DNA from: a virus
Reading direction: 5' to 3' (one strand)
DNA: 64,000 bases
IMG/VR virus record: IMGVR_UViG_3300027833_000022
Location: 1 to 64,000 of that record
Numbering within the stretch: position 1 is the first letter of the stretch; every line of letters starts with the position of its first letter. Below are positions 1-11,032 of this stretch, piece after piece. Under the pieces are notes generated by a model, which saw only the letters and a program-made list of their open reading frames with translations, made no database searches and had not been told where the DNA came from. Made by a program: the position numbers and the translations under genes.

Positions 1-417
1 ACTTATCGCTGTATCTACATATGTCTTGTTCGCTGCATCTGTGTCTACTGTAGGAGTACCTACGCTAGTGATTTTATCACCATTCATGTCGATTGTCGCT
101 TGCATATCTAACGAAGAATCCATACGAACTGTTTGTTTGAATCTAGTCGTTTTGGCAATATTAGAATCATATGATGCGTTATGACCATCATCTACAAGAC
201 CATCGTCTGTTGTCAATGTAGTAGCAAGAATTGTAATATTACGTTCCATATCAGCCATACGTCTAAGTGACGACTTTGAACCTGACATTACAATTTCATT
301 TGTACCTGGAGTACCAGTTGATTCAACTAAATCACCAGATTTATTATATTTGTATTTTTTTGATTTATCTAATGGTGTATTGACTTCCACACCATCCTTT
401 TTATAACTTCTTGACAT
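1..417 (-). CDS. Virion fibre-like structural protein, 5' part (runs off window start)
   Basis: Read manually, not in the ORF track. ATG at 417 with AAGGAG SD. Open to base 1: MSRSYKKDGVEVNTP...MNGDKITSVGTPTVDTDAANKTYVDTAIS, the same 'I..VG.P....A.K.YVD' motif as the neighbouring fibres. Confidence 0.75.
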   Translation of the reverse strand, partial: MSRSYKKDGVEVNTPLDKSKKYKYNKSGDLVESTGTPGTNEIVMSGSKSSLRRMADMERNITILATTLTTDDGLVDDGHNASYDSNIAKTTRFKQTVRMDSSLDMQATIDMNGDKITSVGTPTVDTDAANKTYVDTAIS

Positions 418-496
418 TTTAAATCTCCTTTAAGATTTTAACTAGCACGAAAAAAATACTCTGTATTTTTCAATGTCTCTCATATAGAGAGACTAG

Positions 497-520
497 GTAG
501 GGAGTTGTCTTACTCCCTAC
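497..520 (-). terminator. Stem-loop after the 2088-aa fibre gene (possible terminator or processing site)
   Basis: GTAGGGAG-N8-CTCCCTAC inverted repeat. Confidence 0.45.
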
Positions 521-537
521 TTTTGTCTAGTTCAATG

Positions 538-3500
538 TTAGGCTAAACTAAAGCCTGTAACTTCTAATTCATCCGCAATATCATGAGTTCCAGCAACTAA
601 AGTTACTGTAGTTCCTGATACTGAATATTCTGTTGGACGAAGTACTAATCTATTCAAGAAAACTTGGTAATGTATTGCATTAGTTAGTTCACTGAATGTA
701 TAGGTTAATGTTGATGCATTTGTAACATCTTGTATTGCACTGTGGAAATGCGTCATAGAACCTGCTACTGCATCTACACCATCTGCTCCTGCTGCACCAG
801 TTGCACCTGTTGCACCTGTTGCACCTGTTGCACCTGTTGCACCCGCTTCACTTGTCAATAATAAAGAAGTAGATGATATTGCAAGGCCTGCTTCGACACT
901 AGGTGTCCCAGCAGACGAAGCAATAGTTCCGTCAGGCTGTACATAATAAGTAGATCCAACTGTTAAACCAGTTTGGTTAGTTGATACTCCTCCTTTAAGC
1001 GTAACAGAAGAGGTTGCACCATCTACATATAACCCATTTGACATACCAATAAAATTAGAAGAAGTCAAATTTTCAACTGGCGGAATATAGAGTTGTCCAA
1101 CGCACACAGTACCATACTGAGAATTACCATTAGTGTGATATGCAGATGTCCACTGACCAGGTTTAACATAATCGAAATGTGGACCATCTAGTGAATTCGA
1201 ACCTCCTGCTTGGAATTGTACTGGAGTTTCAGATGTAATTTGCGGCACACCTCCAACCTCTGTTATAGTACCCTTTACAAAGAAGCAACTGTATGGATTG
1301 GTCGATGAGAACTGAGCAATAAACTCTCCTGGGTTAAATGGATTAAATGCGAATCCATATCCAGTTGCGGCTGCGTTACCCTCCATTTGACCTACAGATA
1401 CTCCAAGTGTAGTAACCCCACCAAGAACTTGGTTCATGACAATATCAGTAAACGTACTACCACTGACATTCATTGCTTGTATTGTGGGTTTGTTGTTTGT
1501 TTTGATGAAGTGGTATAAGCGATTTGGCACAGTTTGATCCCATGCTATTGGACCCGTTAAGGGCCATGCCCCACCATTTGAAGATCCTACTGTAACATTA
1601 GTACCAGAGATAGTAACTATCTTAATAGTGCCAAGATTTGAAATGGCAGCCTTATTCGGTGTGAACGGATCAAACGCAATGTCAAGGAAGGATGCGCTGC
1701 TACCACCACTATTTACTTCAGTTCCAAATGAAATACTTGCTCCTGATATTGTTGCTACTCTTACCTTCATAACACCAGTGAAGGGATAATGGATTAGCAA
1801 CTGACTTGAAACACTTGGATTATATGCAACCTCGCCAATACCATTCATATTATTAGTAAACTGCTGGTCTGCACCAAATGTAGCCGTATTACCAGCAACA
1901 GTACCTATGTTCAGTATACCAAGTCCGCCTTGCTTTTGGTGTATCACAACAAGTGAATTTGGAGTAGTAGGATCCCATGCCACATTGTGCATGTGGGTGG
2001 CTGTCGTGGTACTTCCCGTATTAAACACTCCAGGAGTTCCAAATGTAACAGAATTACCAGTAATTTGACCTATCTGTACTTTACCTTTGTATGAATCACT
2101 AGCATCATAATACGCAACAACAAACCTACCTGCATTATGTGGGTCCATTTTAACTCGACCATTAGTGGCCTGTGACGATGCAAACACTGTTTCACCAAAT
2201 GGGAAGTTTTCAACAGAAGATACAATCTTTACTGCACTAACTGTACCATCTTCATTTAATACAAGCGGAGTTCCGTCTGGTAACTCACCCAATGCGACAA
2301 AATCTGCACCAGTTGAACCATCTGCTCCTGCTGAACCAACATTACCTTGTACACCTTGAATTCCTTGTGGTCCTTGTATTGATCCACCACTTACCCATGC
2401 AGAAGTACCATCCCATACATGCAAACTGTCATCTGCTTGTACTATATATGCATCACCTTGTGTATTACTTCCTGTTGGAAGATCACCGATAGTTGCCACT
2501 TGACCCAAGAAATTGATACCTAAACCAGCAGCACCTTGAATGCCCTGTATGCCTTGAATACCAGTTGAACCTGCTGCGCCTGCTGCTCCTGTTGAACCCG
2601 CTGCTCCATCTGCGCCCGCTGCGCCTGCTGCGCCTGTTGCACCTGTTGCACCTGTTGCTCCATCTGCTCCTGCTGCGCCAGTTAATAACAATGATGTAGC
2701 AGATAATGCAATACCTGCTTCAACAGAGGGCGTTGCTTCTGAAGTACCTAGCGTTCCATCACCTTGTATGTAATAACGAGTTCCTGCGGTAAGACCAGAT
2801 TGATTCTCGCTAACACCACCTTTAAGAATGATAGATGCTGTTTGACCATCTGTGTAAGATGCTGATGAAAGTCCAACGTAACTTAAAGAATTTAAAGTGC
2901 TATCTCCTGTTGCTTGCATTTGACCAACATGGGCACTGCCAAGAGGGTTTCCGCCACCAGTGAAATTATTTTGATTTCCTATCTTAGTTACATAAACAAA
3001 TTTACCACCTGACATAAATGCAAGAGCTGATGCTGTATGATCACTTTCAGTGTTTATTTCAGTTATAGTATCAAGAGTAATCGTTGTTCCTGAAACTGAA
3101 CCTGTGTTTACTACTGCATCATTTGTAACGTCTTCTGAATACATATACGCAAATTTACCACTACTATGTGGACTAAACTCTATAGCGTGATCCCTTGCTC
3201 CAGTGCCGTTTTGGGGGAAAAATTCTATGTAAGAACCTAACGTAATTGATGTTCCTGAAATAGTACCAGCTACTATTGTTCCATTACGTCGATTGACGCT
3301 ATTATTCTTACCTTTGTACTGTACTATAAAACTAGTAAGATCAATTGGATTAACAGCCATGGCTGGATATTCGATGCTGTCCCAAGGAAGATTCACAGCA
3401 GTACCTACAGTCATGCTAGAACCAGATATTGTGCCAATTTTTACAGTTCCATCAACAAGTAATATAAATTTACTTGTTCCAACGGCTTTTACAAGACCAA

Positions 3501-6500
3501 CACTGTATCCTAATGCACCAACTGAAATAGCAGAGCCAAATGAAACACTTGTTCCTGAAACTGTGCCTACTTTAATGTACGTGCCACTGTTTTGGTACAT
3601 AGATACTAATTTATTATTATCAACGAGATCAAAGGCACAACTATGATAACTCGTTGATGCTGAAGAAACCACAACTTCTGTACCAAAAGTTATTGATGTT
3701 CCTGAAATCGTACCTATTTTTATGCCAGCAGTTAAATCAGCTTTCCTATAGCTTATAGCAAATTTACCTGAAGAGTTTGGTGCAAAACTTATTTGTCTAT
3801 TAGTTGTAGCTTCAGCGTTGAAAACAACTTCCGTGCCAAAGGTAATAGTTGTTCCTGAGACTGTTCCAAGAACACACACTCCTACAGTCCCACCAGTTCT
3901 GTAAGCAACAATAAACCGATCTGGATTAGTTGAGTCTATTTTAACGTCAAACCCTTGCCAAGTATGGGTAGTAGTAATATTTTCAAATACGGCTGCATTA
4001 CTAGCAGGAGGTATATTTCTTGGGATTACTGGTGCAGAAACTGCCTGTACTGTACCATCAGCCATCAATTCAACTGCTTGACCATTAGGTAACGTACCTG
4101 TTGCTACAAAGTCTCTAGAACCACCAACACCATCTGCGCCCGTTGCGCCTGTTGCACCTGTTGCACCTGTTGCACCTGTTGCACCTGTTGCACCATCTTC
4201 TCCTGCTGCACCAGTTAATAACAATGATGTAGTAGATAATGCAATACCTGCTTCAACAGAGGGCGTTGCTTCAGAAGTACCTAGCGTTCCGTCACCTTGT
4301 ATGTAGTAATGAGTTCCCGTGGTAAGTCCAGATTGATTCTCGCTAATACTACCTTTAAGAATAATAGATGCAGTTTGACCATCTGTATAAGTTGCTGATG
4401 AAAGTCCAACGTAACTTGAAGACGATAAGGTACTAGCTCCAGTGCCTGCCATCTGTCCTATGTATGCCTGTGGATAGGTACCCGTTTTTATAACACCTAC
4501 AAACTTTCCATTCAATTGGAACATAATCCCTGATGAGACAATATCAGAACTAGCTATTGAAATAGCACTGTTAAAAGAAACAGTGTTATTAGTAACTGAA
4601 CCTGAACGAACATAGCCTGTATTAGTTATATCGTCAGTGTACTGAATAACAAAAGCGCCACTAGTTGAAGGATTAAATTTTACTGAAAGCCCTTTTGCTC
4701 CAGTATTAGTGGCAGCTTGAAATCTATTTTCTGCTCCAAATGTTATTGTTGTTCCTGATACAGTTCCAGCTCTTGCGCCACCATAATATTTATTAGTTGG
4801 TTCAGATATTCCTGAGTTTGTTGTATGGCCTCTGTGTATTATAATAAAAGACCCTGTGTTTAGAGGATCAACAGCAAGTTGTATAAACTCACCGCTATAA
4901 GAACCAGTAGAAAGTGTAGCTTCAGTGCCAAGCGTAATAGATGTACCTGACACAGTACCAACTCTTGCAAAAGCACCAGCACCACCTTTGTTATATGCGC
5001 TTACAAACTTCCCATTTGAAATAAAACTTAACTGACCATAGTTGCAATCAATTGTACTTATAGTGACTTCTGTACCATACGATATACTTGTGCCTGATAT
5101 TGTTCCTACTCTACAACGCGCATGACCGCCAGCAGGCCAATATGTATATTGAACTACAAATGTATTGTTATCCACAGGATCAAACGCGCAATTAGCAACA
5201 ACACTTGTTCCAGCTGTGTATTGATTTTCAGAGCCAAGAGTTATGGTTGATCCTGACAATGTACCTACGATTACTACGCCACTGTAATTAGCTTTCCTGT
5301 AACTTAAAATAAACTTACCAGAAGTATTAGGAGCAAACTCTACATGCCTGTGATAAGTAGCCTCACTATTAAACACAACTCCTGTACCAAAGGTAATAGT
5401 TGTACCTGAAATAGTAGCAACAGTAATAACCCCATAACCAGCACCAGTGTTGTAAGTTAGAAGAAATTGATTAGAGTTATTAGGATCAAGAGCAGTTTTA
5501 AATCCTTCAACTGGATTTGAATTTGATGTACTTATTTGATACGAACTACCTGCGGGTATCGACTCTGCTAATGCGTTTGTTACAGCTTCAACAGTACCGT
5601 CAGTTTTAAGTATTACAGCTTGACCATTAGGTAACGTACCTGTTGCTACAAAGTCTCTAGAACCGCTAGATCCACCAGTACCAGCAGGTCCCGCAGGTCC
5701 CGCTGGTCCCGCGGGTCCATCTTCGCCAACTATACTAGTACCTTGAATTCCTTGTATACCTTGAATTCCTTGTGCACCATCTGCACCATCTACACCATCT
5801 GCACCATCTGCTCCTGCTGGTCCTGCTGGTCCTGTTGCACCAGTTGCACCATCTACACCATCTGCACCAGAAATTCCTTGTGGACCCATAGGTCCCGCCA
5901 CTGTGCTATCTGCGCCAGCAGGTCCATCTTCGCCTTGTATACCTTGGATTCCTTGAATTCCTTGTGGTCCTGTTGCACCAGATCCCGCTGGTCCTTGTGG
6001 TCCCGCAGGTCCCGTTGCACCTGTTGCGCCAGTTGCGCCTGTTGCGCCTGCGTTGACTCCGCTAATTTGAGCATCTACATAAGCGATAGTCGCTTTTAGT
6101 GCCAATGCATTTGTCATTGTGCTTACGAAATTAGCATCATCACCTAGCGCATTTGCTAATTCATTCAACGTATCCAATGCACCTGGCGCGCCATTGATAA
6201 TATTTGATATTTCTTGATCTACATAACCTTTTGTAGTTACATGACCTGCTGCTGTCGGTGATCCAACATTAATAATTTGATTGTTGTCTAAATCAATTTT
6301 GTCACCAAATACAACTGCATTGCCACCTTGGTCGGTAATTTTCATACCTGTCGCCATTTGCAATGTTGCTGCCATGTTTATAGTAGTATCAGAATCAAGT
6401 GTTAAAACGCCTGTACCTGACACTTTTGTTGTGAGTGATTGGTTTGCATCTGCTTGAACAACGATAGTTCCACTGTTTGATTCAATAACCTTTTGACCAT

Positions 6501-6804
6501 CGATATATAGCGAACCTTCGGATAGATATAAATCTCTCCATTTCATAGTTGGTGATCCAAGATCGTAACCTGTTGTTCCGTCTGAATCTATTGTTGGGAT
6601 AATGTGACCTGACATGAATAGATCGCCATTACCCGATATTCCTTGGTTATTTCCTGCTACGCCTGCTATTGCGGTATCTACGTAGACTTTTGTTGCTGCA
6701 TGATCTGTCTGGGTAGGTGAACCAGTGATGGATAAATTACCACCAATCTGCGAATCGCCATTGGTTATAAAACCACCTTCCATATTAAAACGTTTTTGAC
6801 TCAT
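538..6804 (-). CDS. Giant collagen-repeat fibre/adhesin with three beta-propeller-like cassettes (2088 aa)
   Basis: Gly-X-Y tracts separate three ~480-aa modules with ~50-aa '[13 protein letters not shown]' repeats. Contains the [19 protein letters not shown] fibre motif. AAGGAG SD and late promoter upstream. Confidence 0.8.
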   Translation of the reverse strand: MSQKRFNMEGGFITNGDSQIGGNLSITGSPTQTDHAATKVYVDTAIAGVAGNNQGISGNGDLFMSGHIIPTIDSDGTTGYDLGSPTMKWRDLYLSEGSLYIDGQKVIESNSGTIVVQADANQSLTTKVSGTGVLTLDSDTTINMAATLQMATGMKITDQGGNAVVFGDKIDLDNNQIINVGSPTAAGHVTTKGYVDQEISNIINGAPGALDTLNELANALGDDANFVSTMTNALALKATIAYVDAQISGVNAGATGATGATGATGPAGPQGPAGSGATGPQGIQGIQGIQGEDGPAGADSTVAGPMGPQGISGADGVDGATGATGPAGPAGADGADGVDGADGAQGIQGIQGIQGTSIVGEDGPAGPAGPAGPAGTGGSSGSRDFVATGTLPNGQAVILKTDGTVEAVTNALAESIPAGSSYQISTSNSNPVEGFKTALDPNNSNQFLLTYNTGAGYGVITVATISGTTITFGTGVVFNSEATYHRHVEFAPNTSGKFILSYRKANYSGVVIVGTLSGSTITLGSENQYTAGTSVVANCAFDPVDNNTFVVQYTYWPAGGHARCRVGTISGTSISYGTEVTISTIDCNYGQLSFISNGKFVSAYNKGGAGAFARVGTVSGTSITLGTEATLSTGSYSGEFIQLAVDPLNTGSFIIIHRGHTTNSGISEPTNKYYGGARAGTVSGTTITFGAENRFQAATNTGAKGLSVKFNPSTSGAFVIQYTDDITNTGYVRSGSVTNNTVSFNSAISIASSDIVSSGIMFQLNGKFVGVIKTGTYPQAYIGQMAGTGASTLSSSSYVGLSSATYTDGQTASIILKGSISENQSGLTTGTHYYIQGDGTLGTSEATPSVEAGIALSTTSLLLTGAAGEDGATGATGATGATGATGATGADGVGGSRDFVATGTLPNGQAVELMADGTVQAVSAPVIPRNIPPASNAAVFENITTTHTWQGFDVKIDSTNPDRFIVAYRTGGTVGVCVLGTVSGTTITFGTEVVFNAEATTNRQISFAPNSSGKFAISYRKADLTAGIKIGTISGTSITFGTEVVVSSASTSYHSCAFDLVDNNKLVSMYQNSGTYIKVGTVSGTSVSFGSAISVGALGYSVGLVKAVGTSKFILLVDGTVKIGTISGSSMTVGTAVNLPWDSIEYPAMAVNPIDLTSFIVQYKGKNNSVNRRNGTIVAGTISGTSITLGSYIEFFPQNGTGARDHAIEFSPHSSGKFAYMYSEDVTNDAVVNTGSVSGTTITLDTITEINTESDHTASALAFMSGGKFVYVTKIGNQNNFTGGGNPLGSAHVGQMQATGDSTLNSLSYVGLSSASYTDGQTASIILKGGVSENQSGLTAGTRYYIQGDGTLGTSEATPSVEAGIALSATSLLLTGAAGADGATGATGATGAAGAAGADGAAGSTGAAGAAGSTGIQGIQGIQGAAGLGINFLGQVATIGDLPTGSNTQGDAYIVQADDSLHVWDGTSAWVSGGSIQGPQGIQGVQGNVGSAGADGSTGADFVALGELPDGTPLVLNEDGTVSAVKIVSSVENFPFGETVFASSQATNGRVKMDPHNAGRFVVAYYDASDSYKGKVQIGQITGNSVTFGTPGVFNTGSTTTATHMHNVAWDPTTPNSLVVIHQKQGGLGILNIGTVAGNTATFGADQQFTNNMNGIGEVAYNPSVSSQLLIHYPFTGVMKVRVATISGASISFGTEVNSGGSSASFLDIAFDPFTPNKAAISNLGTIKIVTISGTNVTVGSSNGGAWPLTGPIAWDQTVPNRLYHFIKTNNKPTIQAMNVSGSTFTDIVMNQVLGGVTTLGVSVGQMEGNAAATGYGFAFNPFNPGEFIAQFSSTNPYSCFFVKGTITEVGGVPQITSETPVQFQAGGSNSLDGPHFDYVKPGQWTSAYHTNGNSQYGTVCVGQLYIPPVENLTSSNFIGMSNGLYVDGATSSVTLKGGVSTNQTGLTVGSTYYVQPDGTIASSAGTPSVEAGLAISSTSLLLTSEAGATGATGATGATGATGAAGADGVDAVAGSMTHFHSAIQDVTNASTLTYTFSELTNAIHYQVFLNRLVLRPTEYSVSGTTVTLVAGTHDIADELEVTGFSLA
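2668..4417. repeat. Near-identical ~217-bp direct repeat (2668-2884 and 4201-4417) at the 3' flanks of fibre cassettes
   Basis: Both copies encode [66 protein letters not shown] with few nucleotide differences. Confidence 0.9.
4076..5664. repeat. Identical 47-bp direct repeat (4076-4122 and 5618-5664) at the 5' flanks of fibre cassettes
   Basis: gcttgaccattaggtaacgtacctgttgctacaaagtctctagaacc occurs twice ([16 protein letters not shown]). Confidence 0.9.
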
Positions 6805-6832
6805 GATTAAGCTTCTCCTTTAGTTAACTGTA

Positions 6833-6840
6833 CTATTTAT
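6833..6840 (-). promoter_or_regulatory. T4-type late promoter (ATAAATAG)
   Basis: TAAATA core ~30 nt upstream of the fibre start; identical copy at 10235-10242. Confidence 0.65.
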
Positions 6841-6882
6841 GGAAAAACTATAGTCAATTAAACTCACATACATTATAGCCAC

Positions 6883-6909
6883 AAAAAAGCCCACATTATG
6901 TGGGCTTTT
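6883..6909 (-). terminator. Rho-independent terminator
   Basis: AAAAAAGCCCACATTATGTGGGCTTTT hairpin with T tracts. Confidence 0.8.
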
Positions 6910-6957
6910 ATTATCTAGTTGATATTATTGTATTTTCAATAACAACATCGATATATC

Positions 6958-9900
6958 TTATGCTATCTTGATTAACATTGTTGTGTCAGTAAGTGCCATT
7001 CCAATTTTAACTGCATCTTCACCAGTAACAGTACTGATACCGCCTTCTTTTTGAGCATAGTAAATCGATCCAGCAGTCAACCCAGTAAATCCAGTCATCT
7101 GTCCATCAGTCTGAACAGATACACTATTACCTGTTAAACCATCCTCAGATGAGATGCCTATCAATCTATCAGCAGAAAGATTACTTACATCGGGTGAGCT
7201 GTGCTGGTTTACTATGGCTGCACCTGTCATTTCCATACATGATATATATCTACCAGTGTTACCCAAGTTAACATGCATACTATATTTACCATGTGCTGCT
7301 GTCTGTTGGTTTAATGCTGCTCCATGAGCAGAAGATGCATTAATTGTTGTGCTTACAGGATCAGTAGTTACAATAGTAATCTCGTTTGCATCCGGCGTTA
7401 CTACCTGACTGTCAGTAACGTTAGATATCGTACACTTGATAAGGTAGTCAGTTCCAATCATAATTTCAGTATCATCATGCGGATTGAAACAAACATTCTG
7501 TGCCGTTTCTTGATCAGCCATATTACCCATTGTTGAACCTGTAGACAAGATGACATCTCCAAGGTCCCTTGCTGTTCCTACTGTGACCGAGCCACTACCT
7601 TCATTGAATACAGTACCTATAACAATATCTGTTTGAGCATGAGATGAAGGACCAGTTAGTGATTTAACTACTAATGCAAATCGTCCACCTGTACTTGAAT
7701 CAAAATTAGGTTCCCATGCAAAACTCTTTCCTCTGAAATAAGACGTTGCGTGATCACCAATGGACACCGTATCATTGGGAGAAAAGGTATCGCCAACAAT
7801 ATCAACAACCTGTACGCACGAACCACCAGAAGTCTTACCAAAAGCCAATAGCATCTTGTTCCCATCATCTGGGAAGAATCTACAATAATCTGAGTTAGAA
7901 GTTTGCATGCCAGGAGAATACGTAGCTAACACGTTAAACGTAGTATCACTTGTCAGTTGACATAACTCAACCCTTCCGTGTTGTCTACTAGTCTGAATAA
8001 ATCTGCCAGATACGGTAGGATGCAACGAAAACGATCCATAACTATAAGATCCACCGAAAGTATGAAAACCGCCTAGATCAGTTAACGCTAATGTACTTGC
8101 GTCTATACTGAATCGCAAGGTCACACTATTTGGACCTGAGCGAAACCAAACAATACCTTCATTGACTGGATCAAACTGAGAGTCAAGACCAGAAGCTGAT
8201 TGCGCAGTACCAGTTGCAAGACCAGCACGCAGGCTTGGTCCCCAAGTTACTGATCCGTCTGCTGCAACCAAACCAACGTTATGTTGTGGTGTTGAGTCAC
8301 CAGCAGAAACCATAAATCTGTTAGGATTAAACGGATCTACCGAAACATAATAATTATTATTATTAGAAGGTATAGCATGACTGTGTGTTCCAGTATTTGG
8401 ATATGCTATTCCTTCTAGTATCGAAGCAGTTTGACCCGGATTCAGATATGGCGTTTCAATCTTTCCCGATGCATTCATTATAACTGCATCACGAGCATCT
8501 ATATTTGTAGCAAGTTCAAGACTAATTGTGGAACTTGAACCACCACCAGTTGCACCATCTGCACCTGCTGGTCCTGCTGGTCCTGCTGTACCTTGTGGTC
8601 CTGCTGGACCTGTTGCGCCAGTTCCTGCTGCTGCTAATATTTTAGCATCAATTTCAGATTCCATTGGAATCGTTGCATTCCAAGTTGGTGCGGCTGATAT
8701 TTCCATGTAAAATGCACTGTGAGAGCCGCTTGCGTAGGTTATGAATTCAAGAGAAGATGCTTGACCATGTGTAAATAAGAGACTCGTGCCGGGTATCTGC
8801 ATACCAGCATTAGTTGATATATTAGAAATTAATGTATTATTATTCTGATCATATATATTAAATTTTCCCCTAAGTGCAGCACTTGTACCTTGTACCAATG
8901 CATAATTGCCATTATCATAGTCTATTCTCGTCAATCCAATATTATGCTGTGTCCAATCAGAGAACCAATTTGAAATAGTAACTGGTGAAACAAATGTTAT
9001 TGTTTTCGGACCAGAAGTATTATATACTACGAATATATTATTTGTCTCACCAGTAGCGTTGATTGTAACACCCGAAGACACTGATGCAACATGAGAAGCA
9101 GTAAGCTGCTCTGATCCAACTGCGGCTACCGTCTTTTTCCATTCGAAGGTGGATGGTTTAAACCAAGCAAGATCAATAGTAGATGCAGCAGGTTCAGATT
9201 CTTGCATATACACATTATCAAAACTTGCACCTGCACCATCTGCACCATCTGCGCCATCTGCGCCTGCTGCGCCATCTGCACCATCTGCACCATCTGCACC
9301 AGCAGGTCCTGCTACACCATCTGCGCCAGCAGGTCCATCTTCGCCTTGTATACCTTGGATTCCCTGTGGTCCTGTTGCACCAGATCCCGCTGGTCCTTGT
9401 GGTCCCGCTGGTCCTGTTGCACCTGTTGCGCCTGTTGCGCCTGTTGAGCCTGCGTTGACTCCGCTAATTTGAGCATCTACGTAAGCGATAGTTGCTTTCA
9501 ATGCTAACTCATTTGTCATTGTACTTGCGAAATTAGCATCATCACCAAGTGCATTTGCTAATTCATTCAACGTATCTAGTGCGCCTGGCGCACCATTAAT
9601 AATATTTGATATTTCTTGATCTACGTAACCTTTTGTAGTTACATGGCCTGCCGAAGTTGGTGATCCAACATTAATAATTTGATTATTATCTAGATCGACT
9701 TTGTCGCCAAATACAACTGCATTGCCACCTTGGTCGGTAATTTTCATACCTGTCGCCATTTGCAATGTTGCTGCCATGTTTATAGTAGTATCAGAATCGA
9801 GTGTTAATACTCCCGTACCTGTAACTTTTGTTGTGAGTGATTGATTCGGATCTGCTTGAACAACAATAGTTCCACTGTTTGATTCAATAACCTTTTGACC

Positions 9901-10206
9901 ATCGATATATAGCGAACCTTCAGAAAGATACAAATCTCTCCATTTCATCGCTGGTGATCCAAGATCATAACCTGTTGTTCCGTCTGAATCTATTGTTGGG
10001 ATAATGTGACCTGACATGAATAGATCGCCATTACCCGATATTCCTTGTTGATTTCCTGCTACGCCTGCTATTGCGGTATCTACGTAGACTTTGGTAGTTA
10101 CGTGGTCGATAAGAGTAGGTGATCCAGTAACGGATAGATTACCTTCTACCTGTGAATCGCCATTGGTTATAAAACCACCTTCCATATTAAAACGTTTTTG
10201 AGCCAT
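6958..10206 (-). CDS. Collagen-repeat fibre/adhesin, paralog of 538..6804 with a different distal part (1082 aa)
   Basis: Shared N-terminus and Gly-X-Y tracts. Divergent propeller-like region followed by the 'GLTAGSIYY...G.AL..T.MLI' module. Confidence 0.8.
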   Translation of the reverse strand: MAQKRFNMEGGFITNGDSQVEGNLSVTGSPTLIDHVTTKVYVDTAIAGVAGNQQGISGNGDLFMSGHIIPTIDSDGTTGYDLGSPAMKWRDLYLSEGSLYIDGQKVIESNSGTIVVQADPNQSLTTKVTGTGVLTLDSDTTINMAATLQMATGMKITDQGGNAVVFGDKVDLDNNQIINVGSPTSAGHVTTKGYVDQEISNIINGAPGALDTLNELANALGDDANFASTMTNELALKATIAYVDAQISGVNAGSTGATGATGATGPAGPQGPAGSGATGPQGIQGIQGEDGPAGADGVAGPAGADGADGADGAAGADGADGADGAGASFDNVYMQESEPAASTIDLAWFKPSTFEWKKTVAAVGSEQLTASHVASVSSGVTINATGETNNIFVVYNTSGPKTITFVSPVTISNWFSDWTQHNIGLTRIDYDNGNYALVQGTSAALRGKFNIYDQNNNTLISNISTNAGMQIPGTSLLFTHGQASSLEFITYASGSHSAFYMEISAAPTWNATIPMESEIDAKILAAAGTGATGPAGPQGTAGPAGPAGADGATGGGSSSTISLELATNIDARDAVIMNASGKIETPYLNPGQTASILEGIAYPNTGTHSHAIPSNNNNYYVSVDPFNPNRFMVSAGDSTPQHNVGLVAADGSVTWGPSLRAGLATGTAQSASGLDSQFDPVNEGIVWFRSGPNSVTLRFSIDASTLALTDLGGFHTFGGSYSYGSFSLHPTVSGRFIQTSRQHGRVELCQLTSDTTFNVLATYSPGMQTSNSDYCRFFPDDGNKMLLAFGKTSGGSCVQVVDIVGDTFSPNDTVSIGDHATSYFRGKSFAWEPNFDSSTGGRFALVVKSLTGPSSHAQTDIVIGTVFNEGSGSVTVGTARDLGDVILSTGSTMGNMADQETAQNVCFNPHDDTEIMIGTDYLIKCTISNVTDSQVVTPDANEITIVTTDPVSTTINASSAHGAALNQQTAAHGKYSMHVNLGNTGRYISCMEMTGAAIVNQHSSPDVSNLSADRLIGISSEDGLTGNSVSVQTDGQMTGFTGLTAGSIYYAQKEGGISTVTGEDAVKIGMALTDTTMLIKIA

Positions 10207-10287
10207 AATTAAGCTTCTCCTTTAGTTAACTGTACTATTTATGATTTTGTATTTTTAATTTAAACACATATATTATATTATAGCCGC

Positions 10288-10315
10288 AAAAAAACCCACA
10301 CTTGGTGGGTTTTTT
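10288..10315 (-). terminator. Rho-independent terminator after uvsY
   Basis: AAAAAAACCCAC-ACTTG-GTGGGTTTTTT. Confidence 0.8.
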
Positions 10316-10327
10316 ATTTTATTATTA

Positions 10328-10786
10328 TTAAAGTGTTGCGTCTTCCAATCCTGCACATCGTAACTTAATTACGTTAGTGAGTTGCCATTGCTTTACTTCA
10401 AGTGCCTTGATAACTCCCATAAACTTATTTCTAACCATTGAAAATTCAACAATAAGATATTGTAAATCTACTACATCAGGCTCACCATCGACAAATGCTT
10501 TCGCATCTGCTGATGTTAATGCACGTTGATAATGCTCAGTAAAGTGTCTGAACTTCTGACTGCGCAATTTTCGCATTTCAGTATGTAAATATTCAAGTAT
10601 CGCTTCTGTCTCTTGTAGTTGGTTAAAACGATGTTCAACGATGCCCGGAATATCACGACTGTGCTTTTCCAAACTACCTTTCATACTACATTCAAACTTA
10701 GCCTCTGAAACTTGTATTTCATAGTGTGAAATAGCATTAACTATCTCTGCCATGTTTCCAGTGACTTTACGATACCATTTACTCAT
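10328..10786 (-). CDS. uvsY: Recombination mediator UvsY-like
   Basis: 152-aa helical protein with 'FVDGEPDV...IKALEVKQWQLTNVIKLRCAG' C-terminus typical of UvsY; next to uvsX. Confidence 0.75.
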   Translation of the reverse strand: MSKWYRKVTGNMAEIVNAISHYEIQVSEAKFECSMKGSLEKHSRDIPGIVEHRFNQLQETEAILEYLHTEMRKLRSQKFRHFTEHYQRALTSADAKAFVDGEPDVVDLQYLIVEFSMVRNKFMGVIKALEVKQWQLTNVIKLRCAGLEDATL

Positions 10787-11032
10787 TTAATCCCACTCTT
10801 CTTCGTCTGTGTCGTCTTCTTCTTCGTGTTCAATATATTCATCAACACTAATTTGGAGATATTTATCATGCTCACTGATCTGTTCCGCATTACCTGCAAT
10901 GTCAAATCCATACTGATCTAATACTTGTAGAAAATGTTCTGCAAAATTACTACGTTCTTTTTCTACAACACTAGACCTAGCAGCATCATATATAGCAATG
11001 ATAAATTCTAAATCATTATCACTAAGACTCAT
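10787..11032 (-). CDS. Small acidic hypothetical protein (likely start MSLSDND at 11032)
   Basis: ORF packed between uvsX and uvsY; GGAG SD before the ATG. Confidence 0.6.
   Translation of the reverse strand: MSLSDNDLEFIIAIYDAARSSVVEKERSNFAEHFLQVLDQYGFDIAGNAEQISEHDKYLQISVDEYIEHEEEDDTDEEEWD

Larger units (their letters stand above)
5907..10243. repeat. ~0.93-kb duplication (approx. 5907-6841 and 9319-10243): late promoter, RBS and N-terminal ~290 codons of the two fibre genes
   Basis: Nearly identical N-terminal protein sequences and identical upstream taagcttctcctttagttaactgtactatttatg. Confidence 0.9.

Noticed and set aside
2668-5664. Diversity-generating retroelement (TR/VR pair) in the fibre repeats
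   Set aside because: No reverse transcriptase in the window, both copies are coding, and mismatches are not confined to adenines
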